Assembly (NCBI RefSeq): GCF_010723575.1 | Contig: NZ_BLKZ01000001.1 | Coordinates: forward strand, 1,165,416 to 1,197,415 | DNA length: 32,000 nt | Source of the DNA: Mycobacterium bourgelatii | GTDB taxonomy: Bacteria > Actinomycetota > Actinomycetes > Mycobacteriales > Mycobacteriaceae | Reading direction: 5' to 3' | Shown: one piece after another, positions 17,701 through 25,607 of the stretch | Layout of the letters: each line of letters starts with the position of its first letter | How positions within the stretch are numbered: position 1 is the first letter of the stretch | The notes under the pieces: generated by a model | Database searches by the model: none | What the model was told of the DNA's origin: nothing | What the model saw: the letters and a program-made list of their open reading frames with translations, nothing else | Translations under genes and position numbers: made by a program

Positions 17701-18277
17701 CGCCGTTGATGCCGGCCACCCCGGCTCCACCGGCGCCGCCGTTTCCGCCATTGCCGACCCCGAGCAGCGGCCCACGCCCGCCGTTACCGCCATTTTGGCC
17801 GGGTCCCCCCGGTCCGCCATCGCCCCCGTTGCCGCCGAGGATCCCGGCGTCCTGGCCGTTCTGCCCCGGTCCCGTGGCGTCGGCGCCGTCACCGAGCAGC
17901 GGGAGGTCCGTCAGTAACTGGGTCGGCAGGTTGACCATGCCCATGACCGTGTTGGTCAGCGGGTTGTTCAGCAATGGCCGCAGCGGCGAAGCGTTGATGG
18001 CGTCCATCCGCGCATACGCCTGGGCGCCCTCTTCGAATGCCTGCCAGAACCGGTCGTTCATCGATAGCGCCTCGGCGCTCAACACCTGATACTCATGGCC
18101 GAAGGTGCCGAACAGTCTGGCGATAGCGGTGGACACCTCGTCGGCAGCCGCTGCTTGTATGCCCGTCGTCCACGGAGCGGCCGCGGCACTCGCCGCCCTG
18201 ATCGCCTCGCCGATTCCCCACACGTCCGCCGAGGCTGTGGACAGAGCCGCCGGGGTGGCAATCACGTAGGACGACAC
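11786..18277 (-). CDS. PE_PGRS family protein, 2163 aa
   Basis: GTG start at 18277 with GGAGG 9 nt upstream. The PE domain is [81 protein letters not shown]. About 2000 aa of uninterrupted GGNGG/GGAGG/GGHGG repeats follow, with no distinct C-terminal domain. Confidence 0.9.
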   Translation of the reverse strand: MSSYVIATPAALSTASADVWGIGEAIRAASAAAAPWTTGIQAAAADEVSTAIARLFGTFGHEYQVLSAEALSMNDRFWQAFEEGAQAYARMDAINASPLRPLLNNPLTNTVMGMVNLPTQLLTDLPLLGDGADATGPGQNGQDAGILGGNGGDGGPGGPGQNGGNGGRGPLLGVGNGGNGGAGGAGVAGINGGAGGNGGNGGASGAAGGIPGVGGNGGAGAPGAPGQAGGPGGMGGVGGANAQAFGGVGGAGGAGGAGGAGGEGLPGGVGGAGGAGGVGGAGGAGSQLSGTTGPGGVGGDGGDGGAGGAGLSTSGVGGNGGAGGRGGDAGAGGFGSTIGAYGHGGAGGQGGVGADGAQGAPGAVGFAGGTGGSGGVGGNSGPGGIAGAGGAGGRGGNGGDGGSTALQSGLQGGAGGQGGAGGTGGNGGHGGIGGNAGDGGAGGTGGNGGLSDQFGNTGGAGAAGGAGGNGGDAGTAGTGTTTGLGGRGGAGGTGGNGSNGASANVGNAGFVGGNGGVGGNGGSGGATGIGGNAGNGGNGGNGGNGGVDSVGSGMAPSGGAGGNGGDAGTAGTGATAGKGGRGGNGGNGGNGRIAADGLGGQVGNTGGSGGAGGNGGNATGAGSVGGNAGNGGNGGAGGAGGADIGTGAGAGGAGGKGGNAGSVGSGETEGMGGIGGAGGVGGTGGLGSNGAAGQAGSAGGKGGAGGNGGNATGTGSIGGKAGNGGQGGNGGNGGADTGTGGTTAPSGGNGGNGGDAGLAGTGAAHGDGGIGGAGGNGGAGSNGNTGDNGGHGGAGGDGGNASGAGAIGGKAGNGGAGGNGGDGAKDTGTGGVDAPAGGTGGNGGDAGKIGIGTAQDGAGGVGGDGGNGGNGVNGNNATEVKTPGDNGGKGGAGGNGGNATGAGSVGGKAGNGGNGGNGGNALGSVGDQTGQLIGYTGGAGGNGGDAGVAGIGATAGAGGTGGNGGNGGNGSSNPSNGISGINGDAGGDGGAGGNGGSGGATGTGGNGGNGGSGGNGGNGGDTLVQKASNGGAGGHGGNGGAGGTGAISGNGGAGGSGGNGGHGGNGATNPAFVNGVDNGGNGGNAGHGGNGGSAGSGGIAGSGGSGGQGGAGGTGGVSNAGSVNGSNGGEGGHGGAGGNGGSATGTGIGGDAGNGGTGGNAGNGGTATTGKGGNGNAGGNGGNAGNAGTGATNGLGGRGGQGGHGGNGGQGHNGGNGGAGGNGGNAVGTDSVGGTGGDGGAGAHGGNGQLGAVAGGAGGHGAAGGNGGKATGTDSVGGNAGNGGNGGDGGDGIDVGTGGATAAAGGAGGNGGNAGVVGSGAKSGNGGHGGNGGHGGNGGNGNGGVDTPGQAGDHGGVGGNGGNGGNAGGVGGQAGNGGNGGNGGNGGAGGTDTGTGGSSAPAGGNGGRGGNGGRAGTVLAAGTTGGVSGAGGNGGNGGAGANGANGDSGGHGGNGGIGGNGGNASGTGGTAGNAGHGGNGGKGGDGGADIGTNGATAPAGGAGGNGGNAGTVGTGGISGPVKGGTGGNGGDGGAGGNAKSGAAGQAGNNGGHGGAGGNGGNASGVGSVGGNAGHGGQGGNGGHGGVDTSTGGGTAPSGGAGGDGGDAGKAGSGATAGQGGVGGAGGDGSNGNSVVNSNLVGNHGGAGGSGGDGGNASGANSVGGKAGNGGHGGNGANGGADTLGTGVTAASGGNGGNGGDAGAVGSGATAGAGGIGGNGGNGGKGADGLVGSAGNSGDIGGTGGLGGNGGNASGVGSVGGNGGTGGAGGNGGNAGADTGATAPSGGAGGTGGNGGNAGAGAKAGNGGAGGTGGNGGDGAKGANGTGESPGHNGGSGGAGGKGGNGGNSGTGGTNGASGSGGHGGHGGDGGSNGNLSQTSSNGGHGGHGGDAGISGSGGAASPVGGTGGKGGNGGNGSNAVDLGLIGPLPPGPTGGAGGNGGNGGAGGIGDLVATGGAGGNGGKGGSGSNIALQTAPVPLAGGGGGAGGAGGAGGASTGGLAQNFGGVGGAGGTGGNGGHGNNSHTVGGTPVAAGAGGVGGNGGAGGAGGAVGVGGVGGNGGIGGQAGEGGAGGNASPGSSAVGAKGGNGGTGGTGGNGGAATGAGSTAGAGANGGQGGTGGHGGTAGNGNAGSAGSAGGPGGVAVGVTGGSGGKAGDGGNGGS
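12850..16720 (-). repeat. higher-order PGRS super-repeat (about 13 units of ~90-100 aa, ~270-300 nt) inside the giant PE_PGRS; coordinates approximate
   Basis: The landmark NA[ST]GxGS[VI]GG[KN]AGNGG recurs at least 12 times, for example [64 protein letters not shown] and [17 protein letters not shown] counted spacings of 93, 90 and 98 aa by hand for three consecutive units. Most units are followed by D[TI]GTGGxxAP[SA]GGxGGNGG[DN]AG. Confidence 0.7.
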
Positions 18278-18323
18278 TCTCGTTTACCTCCGGAATAGCA
18301 AGTGGGACAAGGAGATTACCCGT

Positions 18324-21300
18324 CTAGAACAAGGTGAGGTTGCCGGCGAGGTTGATCGGAATCCGATCGATGGTGATTGACGGCAGATCAAAGGCAGGCA
18401 AGCCGCCGGACAAGCCCAAGCCGAGCGGTAGGTGGGGAATCGAGACGCCCGGGAAGGTCAGGGACGGAATGGTGACCGACAGCGGCAGAGTAATGGTGAT
18501 CGGGTCGACGGGGAACCCGAAACCGGGGATGCCGCCACCGGGCGGGGTGACCACGCTGAACCCTGGTATGCCGAATGGCGGGGTGGTGCTTCCAGCGGTG
18601 GTGCCACCCAGGTCGACGATGGCTCCCGCGAGTCCGCTGACGCGCATTTGGATGGAGCTGGTGGACGCCCCGGTTGTCATCGCGCTGACTTCGATTCCGT
18701 CTATCTGGAGGATGATCTGGTCGAAGCTGATGGGGTGGACGGTGACCGGCCCCAGGCTGGCGAACGGGTCCAGGCCCAAGCTGATGGGTGGCGTCGAGAA
18801 CGACGGAATGGTGATGGGACCAATGCCGCCGCCGAGCTCGAAGCCCAGCGGGATAGAGGGAATGTGGAATGACGGGAACACAAAGGGCCCGACCCCACCG
18901 GTCGCGTTGACCTTCAGCAGATTGTATGGAGGCCACGGGTTGTCGGGGGTGGCAATGCTGACGATGGCGTGCAGGTCTGCGGAGATGGCCTGAATTGTTC
19001 GGGCTGGAATGGTGAAAGCCTGTGTGCCGGCGGCCAAGTCGAGGTTCAGCAGGTTGTTCGCCGGGAAGGTCAACCCACCGGGGAAGATGGTCGCACCATC
19101 GAACCCGCCCGGCACCTGGAAGCCCAGCGGGATTTGGTCGATCATGACCGCTGGGGTGTTGAAGGCCAACATGCCGCCACTGATGGTCGCCGACCATGGC
19201 CCCGATGAGGCTCCGCCGATGATCAGTGGCCCATGCGGCAACGGGAAGGGCGCCCCTTGCCAATCCGTGCCGAATGCTATGAAGGACGGGCCAGTGGTAG
19301 CTGGGTCCCACAACGAATTAGAAGGCGACCAGACGTAGAACGGGTCGATCCTCATGCCCGCGCTTTGGGACGCGTCGAAGTGAATCGTGGCCAAGGGATC
19401 GCCCCAAATGGCGGCAATGGGTTGGGATTCGATCCCGATGGGGCCCAAACCTATGTTTCCGCTGATTTGGACGGGAATGTTGGGGAGCTGGAGCTGCGGG
19501 ATGGTGAAGTCGCCGTGGCTGAGGTTGGCGGTAAGGCTCAACGGAATTGCGGGAATGGGGAGGTCTGGGATCGCCACCGGGCCAAGGCCGCCGTACACGT
19601 GGAAGTCCACCAGGTTCAATGAGGGGGGAATTCCGTCGAACGGGTTGAGCAGGTTGGCGTCCAGGCGCAGGTGCAGCGGGATCGGGTCGATCGTGTAGCC
19701 GTCCGGGAAGATGGTGAACGGCTGCAGGCCGCCCGTCACGGAGAGATTCACCGGGATGGGGTTCTCGGGAATGGACAGCCCACCCGGGAAAAGCGAGAAC
19801 GCCGGGATACCCCCCGTCACGTCGATGCTCAGCGGCACCGGGGACGTCGCGATCTTTGGGATGTTGATTTCGGGAAGGTTCAGGGTGATGTGGCCCGTTC
19901 GGCCGCTGCTCTCGGCGAAATGGAAGGTAATGCCGGTGGTGGGTTGACCGCTGGTCGACCTCGGGTCAGAGGTTTGCCCGATGAAGAAGTCCTGGGGGTT
20001 CAACGGTGGCAGCACGCCAAAGTGGGCCTGGGCCGTGTACTTGATGACGGGAAGCGTCAACGTCGAGGCTGAGCCGGCGGGGATTTCGATGGGGATGGTG
20101 TGGACCTGAGCGGGCAGATGCAAGCCCTCGAACAGGGTGATGGCGGGCAGGGTGAGGCCCTGGTGGATGTCGAGCGGTATCGCCGGAACATCGATCTGCG
20201 GGATGGTGAACGGCCCGATGTAGAAGGTCTCGTTGATGTCGATCGGCAGACCAGGCACATGGATTGGGTCGATGTGGATCGGACCCAGATTTTCGTTGAT
20301 GTCGAGAATGTTGATGCCCGCGCCGCCTGCGAAATCACCCGTGAAGAGAGCGCCGACGCTGTGGTTGCCCGAGATCAGCACGCCAATGTTCGAGTTGCCG
20401 GAATTGGCAATGCCGGTGTTGGCGTGACCGCTGTTGAACCAGCCCGTGTTGGCATTGCCCGGGTTGAAGGCGCCGGTGTTCAAGACGCCGGCATTGAAAC
20501 CACCCCTGTTGTAAGCGCCGGCGTTCCCGACACCGGTATTCGCCAGGCCGGCGTTGAACAAGCCCGTGTTGGACTCGCCAGAGTTGCCGAAACCGCTGTT
20601 GTTGATGCCGGAGTTGAACAGGCCCCAGTTGCCGGTGCCGGAGTTGAACAGGCCGACATTGCCGCTGCCCGAGTTCCAGCCGCCGAAGCCGCTGCGGTTG
20701 TCGCCGATCAACCCGATACCGGAGTTGCCGTTGCCGGTGTTGCCAATGCCGATGTTGCCGTTGCCGGTGTTGCCAAACCCGATGTTGCCCGAGCCGGAGT
20801 TGCCGAAGCCGAAGTTCTGGCCCATCAGGGTGCCCAGCGCCGAGTTGCCCAGGCCAATGTTGGCGACGCCGATATTTCCCCAACCGAGGTTGTAACTGCC
20901 GACATTTCCGCCGCCGAAGTTGAAATCGCCCAGGTTGCCGCTGCCCAAGTTGTAGACGCCGGCGTTGCCGAGGCCGGCGTTCGATAGCTGATGGCCGAGC
21001 CAATCGACGCCGGCGTCGAGCGCGGTGCTCAACCGTGGTCCGGCGTTGACGACATTGTCGGCGAACGCGTTCAGCAGTGCCGTCCACCCGCCGCCGGCGG
21101 AGTTGGCCATATTTCCACCGAAAGATATTGCGGCAATTGTGGTTTCGGGAATGCTGAGCGCAGGCGTATCGAACGCAAAATCGAGTGGGATCGACTGGCT
21201 GTGCGTGATCCCCGGGACGGTGATGGCGGAGAGGACGTCGAACGGCAGCTCGAGGGGTATGGAACCGGTGAGGGAAAGCGGCGGGACGGTAATGGGCCCG

Positions 21301-23810
21301 GTCGTGAAATCGATCGGCGCGACCATTGAGGGGATTGCCTGAGAAAGGCTGAAAGGCGCGACCTCCCCCGCGATGCGGAGCCCGATGACAGGCACAACGA
21401 GGTCTAGGGGAAATGAACTCACCTTGATGGCAGCGTTGATCTGGCTGATGGCAAGGTTTCCCGTTCCGCGGAAGGGGAGTATGTCAATGGGCTGGTCGGT
21501 AAAGAAGCCATAGTTGGTGTTCCCGTGCAGCCCACCATGGATAGCCGGCAGGGGAATTGACGGGAGCCCCAAGTTGAGGCCGACGTTGCCGGTGACACCC
21601 CCGTGGATGGCGGGAAGCGCAGGTGCCGCCGGTATGTGTATCGGTCCGACGCTGCCCGTGCTGTACGGGGTGGGTGAAAGGACTTCGGCGTGGAATTTGA
21701 ACGGGAACTGGTCGACTTTGAAGCCGTCCGAAAAGATCGTGAATGGATTTAGGCCAGCGGAAAAATTGGTCAGGCTCACGGAGTTTTCCGGGAAGGTGAG
21801 CCCACCGGAGAAAAAGGTTACCGGATCGATGCCACCAGCGAGATCAAGTGACAACAGATTCTGACTCGGAATACTAATGTCCGGCAGTGCAAATTCAAAC
21901 GTCTTTAGGCTGATGCTTTCGAATCCAAGCGGGGTGATCTCAAGGTTGGCCGTGACATCGCTTATCACGACATAAGCGGCATCAGCGAGTGGCCGCAGCA
22001 TTCTCTCAATGTGGACAGATGGGCCGGTAATTTGGCCGAGGGCCAACTGCGCGTGGATATCGAGGGGGTCCAGCAGGGTGAAGTGCGTAATGCTGTTTTC
22101 AGCCAGCGCTACGGTGCCCGACACGTGCAATGGAATGTGAGGCACGGACATTTGGGGCAACGTAAAACTGCCGACGGTGACCGATGCATTGGTGATGGCC
22201 ACGTGCGTCGCGGGCATCGAGATTGGTGCCACGTTCAGGGCTCCGAGGGAGCCATTGAGGTCGATGTGCAGCGGGATCGTCGGCAACGGGAAAATGGGCA
22301 CGACTCGGTCAGCCGTGACGGCCAGGTGCAGTTGGCTGGGAATGGCGTCGATCGTGATTGCCGGAGTGCTGAGGCCGTCGATTTGACCGGCAATGTTGAT
22401 CGTCACCGGGATTGCTTGCTCCGGGAGCGAGAATCCGGGAATGGTGAAACCGCCGGTTCCCGCGGACGCGCCGACATCTAGATGGATCGGATTGTCAGGG
22501 ATGTTCAGGCCGCTCGGAAAAAGGGTGATCGGCGGAATGGACAGACCAACTTGCGCGGTGGTCGCATTCACTCCCAGATTGACTTCGAGCACCCCGGTTC
22601 CGAAAAGAAAATTAAAGATTTGGATCGGCCCGGTGGGCACAATGTTGAAGGCGGGAATGGGGATGATCTCATTCGGTATCACCGCGCCGGGAAAGACCGT
22701 AATGGGTGACATGTTGAGGGGGCCGATGTCAATCGGTATCGAAATGCCCGCCAACGGAATCGCGGGCACGTGGATGTCCGGAACGGTCACCGGACCCAGG
22801 TAGAAGGTGTGATTGAAGTTCAGCGGAATCGTCGGAAGAATCTGGATGGGCTGAATGTTGATCGGACCAATGCCACCAGCCACATTGAGGTCCAACGGCA
22901 ACGTAATGGGGAAGAGATCAAGATCGGCGCCAGGGTTAACCGAGCGGATGAAGCTGTTGATGAACCCGTCCAGGTCCACTCCGGCCACGCTGGCTGCGCC
23001 ACCAGTCGCTGAACTAGGGGCATTGAACCCCCATTGGGTGAGCCAACTTCGCAACAGGCCCGTGCCGGCCACGCTCAAATTCGAACCCAGAGTGGGAAAT
23101 GCTAATGGGCCACCCGTACTTGACCAGCCGAAACTCCCGACGCCGGGAAGATGACCGCCGATCCCGATCTGGCTGTCGACCCTCAACCCGGTAACTCCGG
23201 TCAAGGCGGCCAGCGGCGAGCCGAGGTGTTGACCGGCGGTGGCGATCGAGCCGACGCTCCCGCTGACGGCGCCCAATCCGCCAAGGCCGGCCAGTGCAGG
23301 TCGGGCGAACTCCTGCAACTTGGAGACCAGTAGTGACACGTCGACGTGGTATCCGGCCATCGCGGCCACATCCTTGGCCCACATCAACTCGTAGTCCCAC
23401 TCGACGGCAGCGATCGCGGGGGAGTTCTGGCCGAAGATATTGGACAACGCCAACGACACCAGCTCGGACCGGTTGGCCGCGATCACCAGGGGGTCCACGG
23501 TCGCGGCCAGAGCCGTTTCGAATGCGCTGACCACTCCGAGGGCCTGGGTGGCCGTCGACTCGGCCGAGGCGGCCGCGGCGCTCAACCAGCTGGTGTACGG
23601 AGCAGCGGCCTCCGCCATCGCCGTCGCCGAGGCGCCCTGCCACGGACCGCCGACCAAACTCGATGTCACCGAGGCGAACGAATCGGCCGCAGTTGCCAAT
23701 TCGGCCGACAGCCCTTTCCATGCCGTCGCGGCCTCGAGCAGAGGCGCCGTACCGGCACCTGCATGCATCAGAGCCGAGTTGATCTCAGGGGGAAGCGCCA
23801 GGAAGCTCAC
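18324..23810 (-). CDS. PPE family protein, MPTR subfamily, 1828 aa
   Basis: GTG start at 23810 with GGAAGGTGAGG upstream. The PPE domain is MSFLALPPEINSALMHAGAGTAPLLEAATAWKGLSAELATAADSFASVTSSLVGGPWQGASATAMAEAAAPYTSWL...AANRSELVSLALSNIFGQNSPAIAAVEWDYELMWAKDVAAMAGYH. It has a central NxGxGNxG pentapeptide block and long Pro/Ile-rich repeat arms. Confidence 0.9.
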   Translation of the reverse strand: MSFLALPPEINSALMHAGAGTAPLLEAATAWKGLSAELATAADSFASVTSSLVGGPWQGASATAMAEAAAPYTSWLSAAAASAESTATQALGVVSAFETALAATVDPLVIAANRSELVSLALSNIFGQNSPAIAAVEWDYELMWAKDVAAMAGYHVDVSLLVSKLQEFARPALAGLGGLGAVSGSVGSIATAGQHLGSPLAALTGVTGLRVDSQIGIGGHLPGVGSFGWSSTGGPLAFPTLGSNLSVAGTGLLRSWLTQWGFNAPSSATGGAASVAGVDLDGFINSFIRSVNPGADLDLFPITLPLDLNVAGGIGPINIQPIQILPTIPLNFNHTFYLGPVTVPDIHVPAIPLAGISIPIDIGPLNMSPITVFPGAVIPNEIIPIPAFNIVPTGPIQIFNFLFGTGVLEVNLGVNATTAQVGLSIPPITLFPSGLNIPDNPIHLDVGASAGTGGFTIPGFSLPEQAIPVTINIAGQIDGLSTPAITIDAIPSQLHLAVTADRVVPIFPLPTIPLHIDLNGSLGALNVAPISMPATHVAITNASVTVGSFTLPQMSVPHIPLHVSGTVALAENSITHFTLLDPLDIHAQLALGQITGPSVHIERMLRPLADAAYVVISDVTANLEITPLGFESISLKTFEFALPDISIPSQNLLSLDLAGGIDPVTFFSGGLTFPENSVSLTNFSAGLNPFTIFSDGFKVDQFPFKFHAEVLSPTPYSTGSVGPIHIPAAPALPAIHGGVTGNVGLNLGLPSIPLPAIHGGLHGNTNYGFFTDQPIDILPFRGTGNLAISQINAAIKVSSFPLDLVVPVIGLRIAGEVAPFSLSQAIPSMVAPIDFTTGPITVPPLSLTGSIPLELPFDVLSAITVPGITHSQSIPLDFAFDTPALSIPETTIAAISFGGNMANSAGGGWTALLNAFADNVVNAGPRLSTALDAGVDWLGHQLSNAGLGNAGVYNLGSGNLGDFNFGGGNVGSYNLGWGNIGVANIGLGNSALGTLMGQNFGFGNSGSGNIGFGNTGNGNIGIGNTGNGNSGIGLIGDNRSGFGGWNSGSGNVGLFNSGTGNWGLFNSGINNSGFGNSGESNTGLFNAGLANTGVGNAGAYNRGGFNAGVLNTGAFNPGNANTGWFNSGHANTGIANSGNSNIGVLISGNHSVGALFTGDFAGGAGINILDINENLGPIHIDPIHVPGLPIDINETFYIGPFTIPQIDVPAIPLDIHQGLTLPAITLFEGLHLPAQVHTIPIEIPAGSASTLTLPVIKYTAQAHFGVLPPLNPQDFFIGQTSDPRSTSGQPTTGITFHFAESSGRTGHITLNLPEINIPKIATSPVPLSIDVTGGIPAFSLFPGGLSIPENPIPVNLSVTGGLQPFTIFPDGYTIDPIPLHLRLDANLLNPFDGIPPSLNLVDFHVYGGLGPVAIPDLPIPAIPLSLTANLSHGDFTIPQLQLPNIPVQISGNIGLGPIGIESQPIAAIWGDPLATIHFDASQSAGMRIDPFYVWSPSNSLWDPATTGPSFIAFGTDWQGAPFPLPHGPLIIGGASSGPWSATISGGMLAFNTPAVMIDQIPLGFQVPGGFDGATIFPGGLTFPANNLLNLDLAAGTQAFTIPARTIQAISADLHAIVSIATPDNPWPPYNLLKVNATGGVGPFVFPSFHIPSIPLGFELGGGIGPITIPSFSTPPISLGLDPFASLGPVTVHPISFDQIILQIDGIEVSAMTTGASTSSIQMRVSGLAGAIVDLGGTTAGSTTPPFGIPGFSVVTPPGGGIPGFGFPVDPITITLPLSVTIPSLTFPGVSIPHLPLGLGLSGGLPAFDLPSITIDRIPINLAGNLTLF
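20340..20990 (-). repeat. MPTR core: tandem NxGxGNxG pentapeptide repeats (~215 aa); coordinates approximate
   Basis: The translation reads ...NAGLGNAGVYNLGSGNLGDFNFGGGNVGSYNLGWGNIGVANIGLGNSALG...GFGNSGSGNIGFGNTGNGNIGIGNTGNGNSGIG...LFNSGTGNWGLFNSGINNSGFGNSGESNTGLFNAGLANTGVGNAGAYN... Confidence 0.8.
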
Positions 23811-23987
23811 TGCCTCACCTTCCGCCTTAAGTTGTCAACCTGTCAGCGCATTAAATTGACGCCTGCGCAGCATGTATAGCGCAGAACGTCACAGCTTTTC
23901 GGTCCTTTCGGCGAAGTGTGGGCAAATTGCCTAGTCCGACAGTCACGCCGTTCCGCCGCTGGTCGACCGGTTGCACGGCCCCGTAGG

Positions 23988-24020
23988 ATACGTGCACGTA
24001 TACGATACATACCTGTATGT
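23988..24020. promoter_or_regulatory. two adjacent palindromes in an AT-rich island between the divergent PPE_MPTR and cysA (candidate operator or nucleoid-protein site)
   Basis: ATACGTGCACGTAT (23988-24001) is a perfect 14-bp palindrome. ACATAC-CT-GTATGT (24007-24020) is a 6-2-6 inverted repeat. My hand count gives ~48% GC over 23985-24050, against a far GC-richer background. Confidence 0.35.
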
Positions 24021-24524
24021 GGCACCGTATGGAGGCATGACGAAAAGGAGAATTCGTCCCGACGCCCGCGCGCACTCAGTTGGAGTCGGCTTTCGAACGC
24101 GAGTTGCACGGGTGGCTACCAGAACGCCTGCAACCCGTCAACGCACCTTTTCTTCAGCGTGACTTTTTCACGTCCACCGTGTGAGTTGCCGCCCGGTCTC
24201 TCGACAACGTGCAGCAAACTGCGGCCGAACTCCCGCGATACCGAAGAACGGGTGGGTCAGCGTGGGCGTCCCGTGGTGCTTCGCCCCGCGTCGTCACATC
24301 GCTGGTAGCAGGTTCAACCATTAGGCTTCCCGCCATGCATGTGGCACCCGGTGTTCTGGAGTGCGGCATCCTCATGCGCTGTCGTCGCTGACCCGCCAGT
24401 CCTCTCTGCGCGATCTGGCGTGGCGTGAGCGGAACGTCCGTGGCGTTCGACCACATTCGCGCAGCCACGGAATCACGATTTCGCCGCGTAGGCGAATAGC
24501 CATGTCTGAGAAGGAGACTTACCG

Positions 24525-25586
24525 ATGACGGACACGAGCAATCCCGCGATTGTGGTGCGTGATGCCTATAAGAATTACGGCGATTTCGTTGCGCTGGATC
24601 ATGTGGACTTTGAGGTGCCCAGTGGGTCGTTGACGGCGTTGTTGGGGCCGAGTGGTTCGGGCAAGTCGACGTTGTTGCGCACGATCGCGGGTCTGGATCA
24701 GCCTGATTCGGGGATGGTGACGATCAATGGTCGTGACGTGACTCGGGTGCCGCCGCAGCGGCGGGGTATCGGGTTTGTGTTTCAGCATTATGCGGCGTTT
24801 AAGCATCTGACGGTGCGCGACAACGTGGCCTATGGGTTGAAGATCCGCAAGCGGCCCAAGGCGGAGATCAAAAAGAAGGTCGATGATCTGTTGGAGGTGG
24901 TGGGGCTTAGCGGGTTTCAGCGTCGTTATCCCAATCAGCTCTCCGGTGGTCAGCGTCAGCGGATGGCGTTGGCGCGGGCGTTGGCGGTGGATCCGGAGGT
25001 GTTGTTGCTCGATGAGCCGTTTGGGGCGCTGGATGCCAAGGTGCGGGAGGATCTGCGCAGTTGGTTGCGCCGGTTGCATGACGAGGTGCATGTGACCACG
25101 GTGTTGGTGACGCATGATCAGGCTGAGGCGTTGGATGTGGCCGATCGGATTGCGGTGCTGAACAAGGGGCGTATCGAGCAGGTCGGATCGCCCACCGAGG
25201 TGTATGACACCCCGGCCAATCCGTTTGTCATGTCGTTCCTGGGTGCGGTGTCCACCCTCAACGGCGCATTGGTCCGCCCGCACGACATCCGGGTCGGACG
25301 CAGCCCTGAGTTGGCGATCGAGGGCGGTGACCGCAGCGCGGACTCGCTCGGGGTGTTGCCCGCCACCGTGGATCGAGTGGTGGCACTGGGCTTCGAGGTT
25401 CGGGTGGAGTTGACCGGTGCCGACGGAGCGCCCTTCACCGCGCAGATCACCCGCGGTGACGCCGAGGCGCTGGCCCTGAAGGACGGCGACACCGTCTACG
25501 TCCGAGCCACCCGGGTCCCGCCGATCGCCGCGAAAGCTGACGACGCGGGTGCCGAGGACGACGAGGCCGCCCTGACCTCTGTATGA
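24525..25586 (+). CDS. cysA: sulfate/thiosulfate ABC transporter ATP-binding protein CysA
   Basis: Walker [10 protein letters not shown], signature LSGGQRQR, Walker [13 protein letters not shown]-loop VTHDQ, and a C-terminal TOBE-like regulatory domain. It is near-colinear with my recollection of M. tuberculosis CysA1. AAGGAG lies 8 nt upstream of the ATG. Confidence 0.92.
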   Translation: MTDTSNPAIVVRDAYKNYGDFVALDHVDFEVPSGSLTALLGPSGSGKSTLLRTIAGLDQPDSGMVTINGRDVTRVPPQRRGIGFVFQHYAAFKHLTVRDNVAYGLKIRKRPKAEIKKKVDDLLEVVGLSGFQRRYPNQLSGGQRQRMALARALAVDPEVLLLDEPFGALDAKVREDLRSWLRRLHDEVHVTTVLVTHDQAEALDVADRIAVLNKGRIEQVGSPTEVYDTPANPFVMSFLGAVSTLNGALVRPHDIRVGRSPELAIEGGDRSADSLGVLPATVDRVVALGFEVRVELTGADGAPFTAQITRGDAEALALKDGDTVYVRATRVPPIAAKADDAGAEDDEAALTSV

Positions 25587-25599
25587 CCCTCTGTATGAC
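25576..25599. repeat. perfect 12-bp tandem duplication CCTCTGTATGAC x2 spanning the cysA stop codon
   Basis: 25576-25587 is identical to 25588-25599. The cysA TGA (25584-25586) lies inside copy 1. Confidence 0.9.
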
Positions 25600-25607
25600 G
25601 CCCCGCG

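Noticed and set aside
11786-18277. Regular short-period repeats that might suggest a CRISPR array or satellite
   Set aside because: The periodicity is codon-level (GGX) and protein-module-level inside one continuous ORF. There are no conserved direct repeats alternating with unique spacers.
18334-23879. Numerous 60-300-aa ORFs on both strands inside the PPE_MPTR gene, such as 20100-20987 (+) and 18388-19311 (-)
   Set aside because: They are alternate-frame shadows of the 1828-aa PPE ORF. They are compositionally biased (Arg/Asp/Val or Arg/His/Pro) and lack starts with RBSs.
23971-24162. Small Arg-rich ORF in the PPE/cysA gap, including a 41-codon version starting at ATG 24037 next to GGAGG
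   Set aside because: The GGAGG is only 1 nt from the ATG, which is too close. The peptide is extremely basic and low-complexity, and it has no codon-bias support. The other gap ORFs (23843-24109 -, 23916-24308 +, 24154-24468 -) are equally unconvincing.
24502-24528. 8-codon u[11 protein letters not shown] whose TGA overlaps the cysA ATG (ATGA), suggestive of translational coupling or a cysW C-terminal remnant
   Set aside because: The same nucleotides contain the AAGGAG Shine-Dalgarno of cysA. The extended upstream frame (stop at 24322) translates to an Arg/Ser-rich sequence unlike a permease C-terminus. It is probably fortuitous.
24519-25283. 254-aa minus-strand ORF antisense to cysA
   Set aside because: It is His/Arg/Gln/Ile-rich nonsense directly opposite a textbook ABC ATPase, so it is a shadow ORF.
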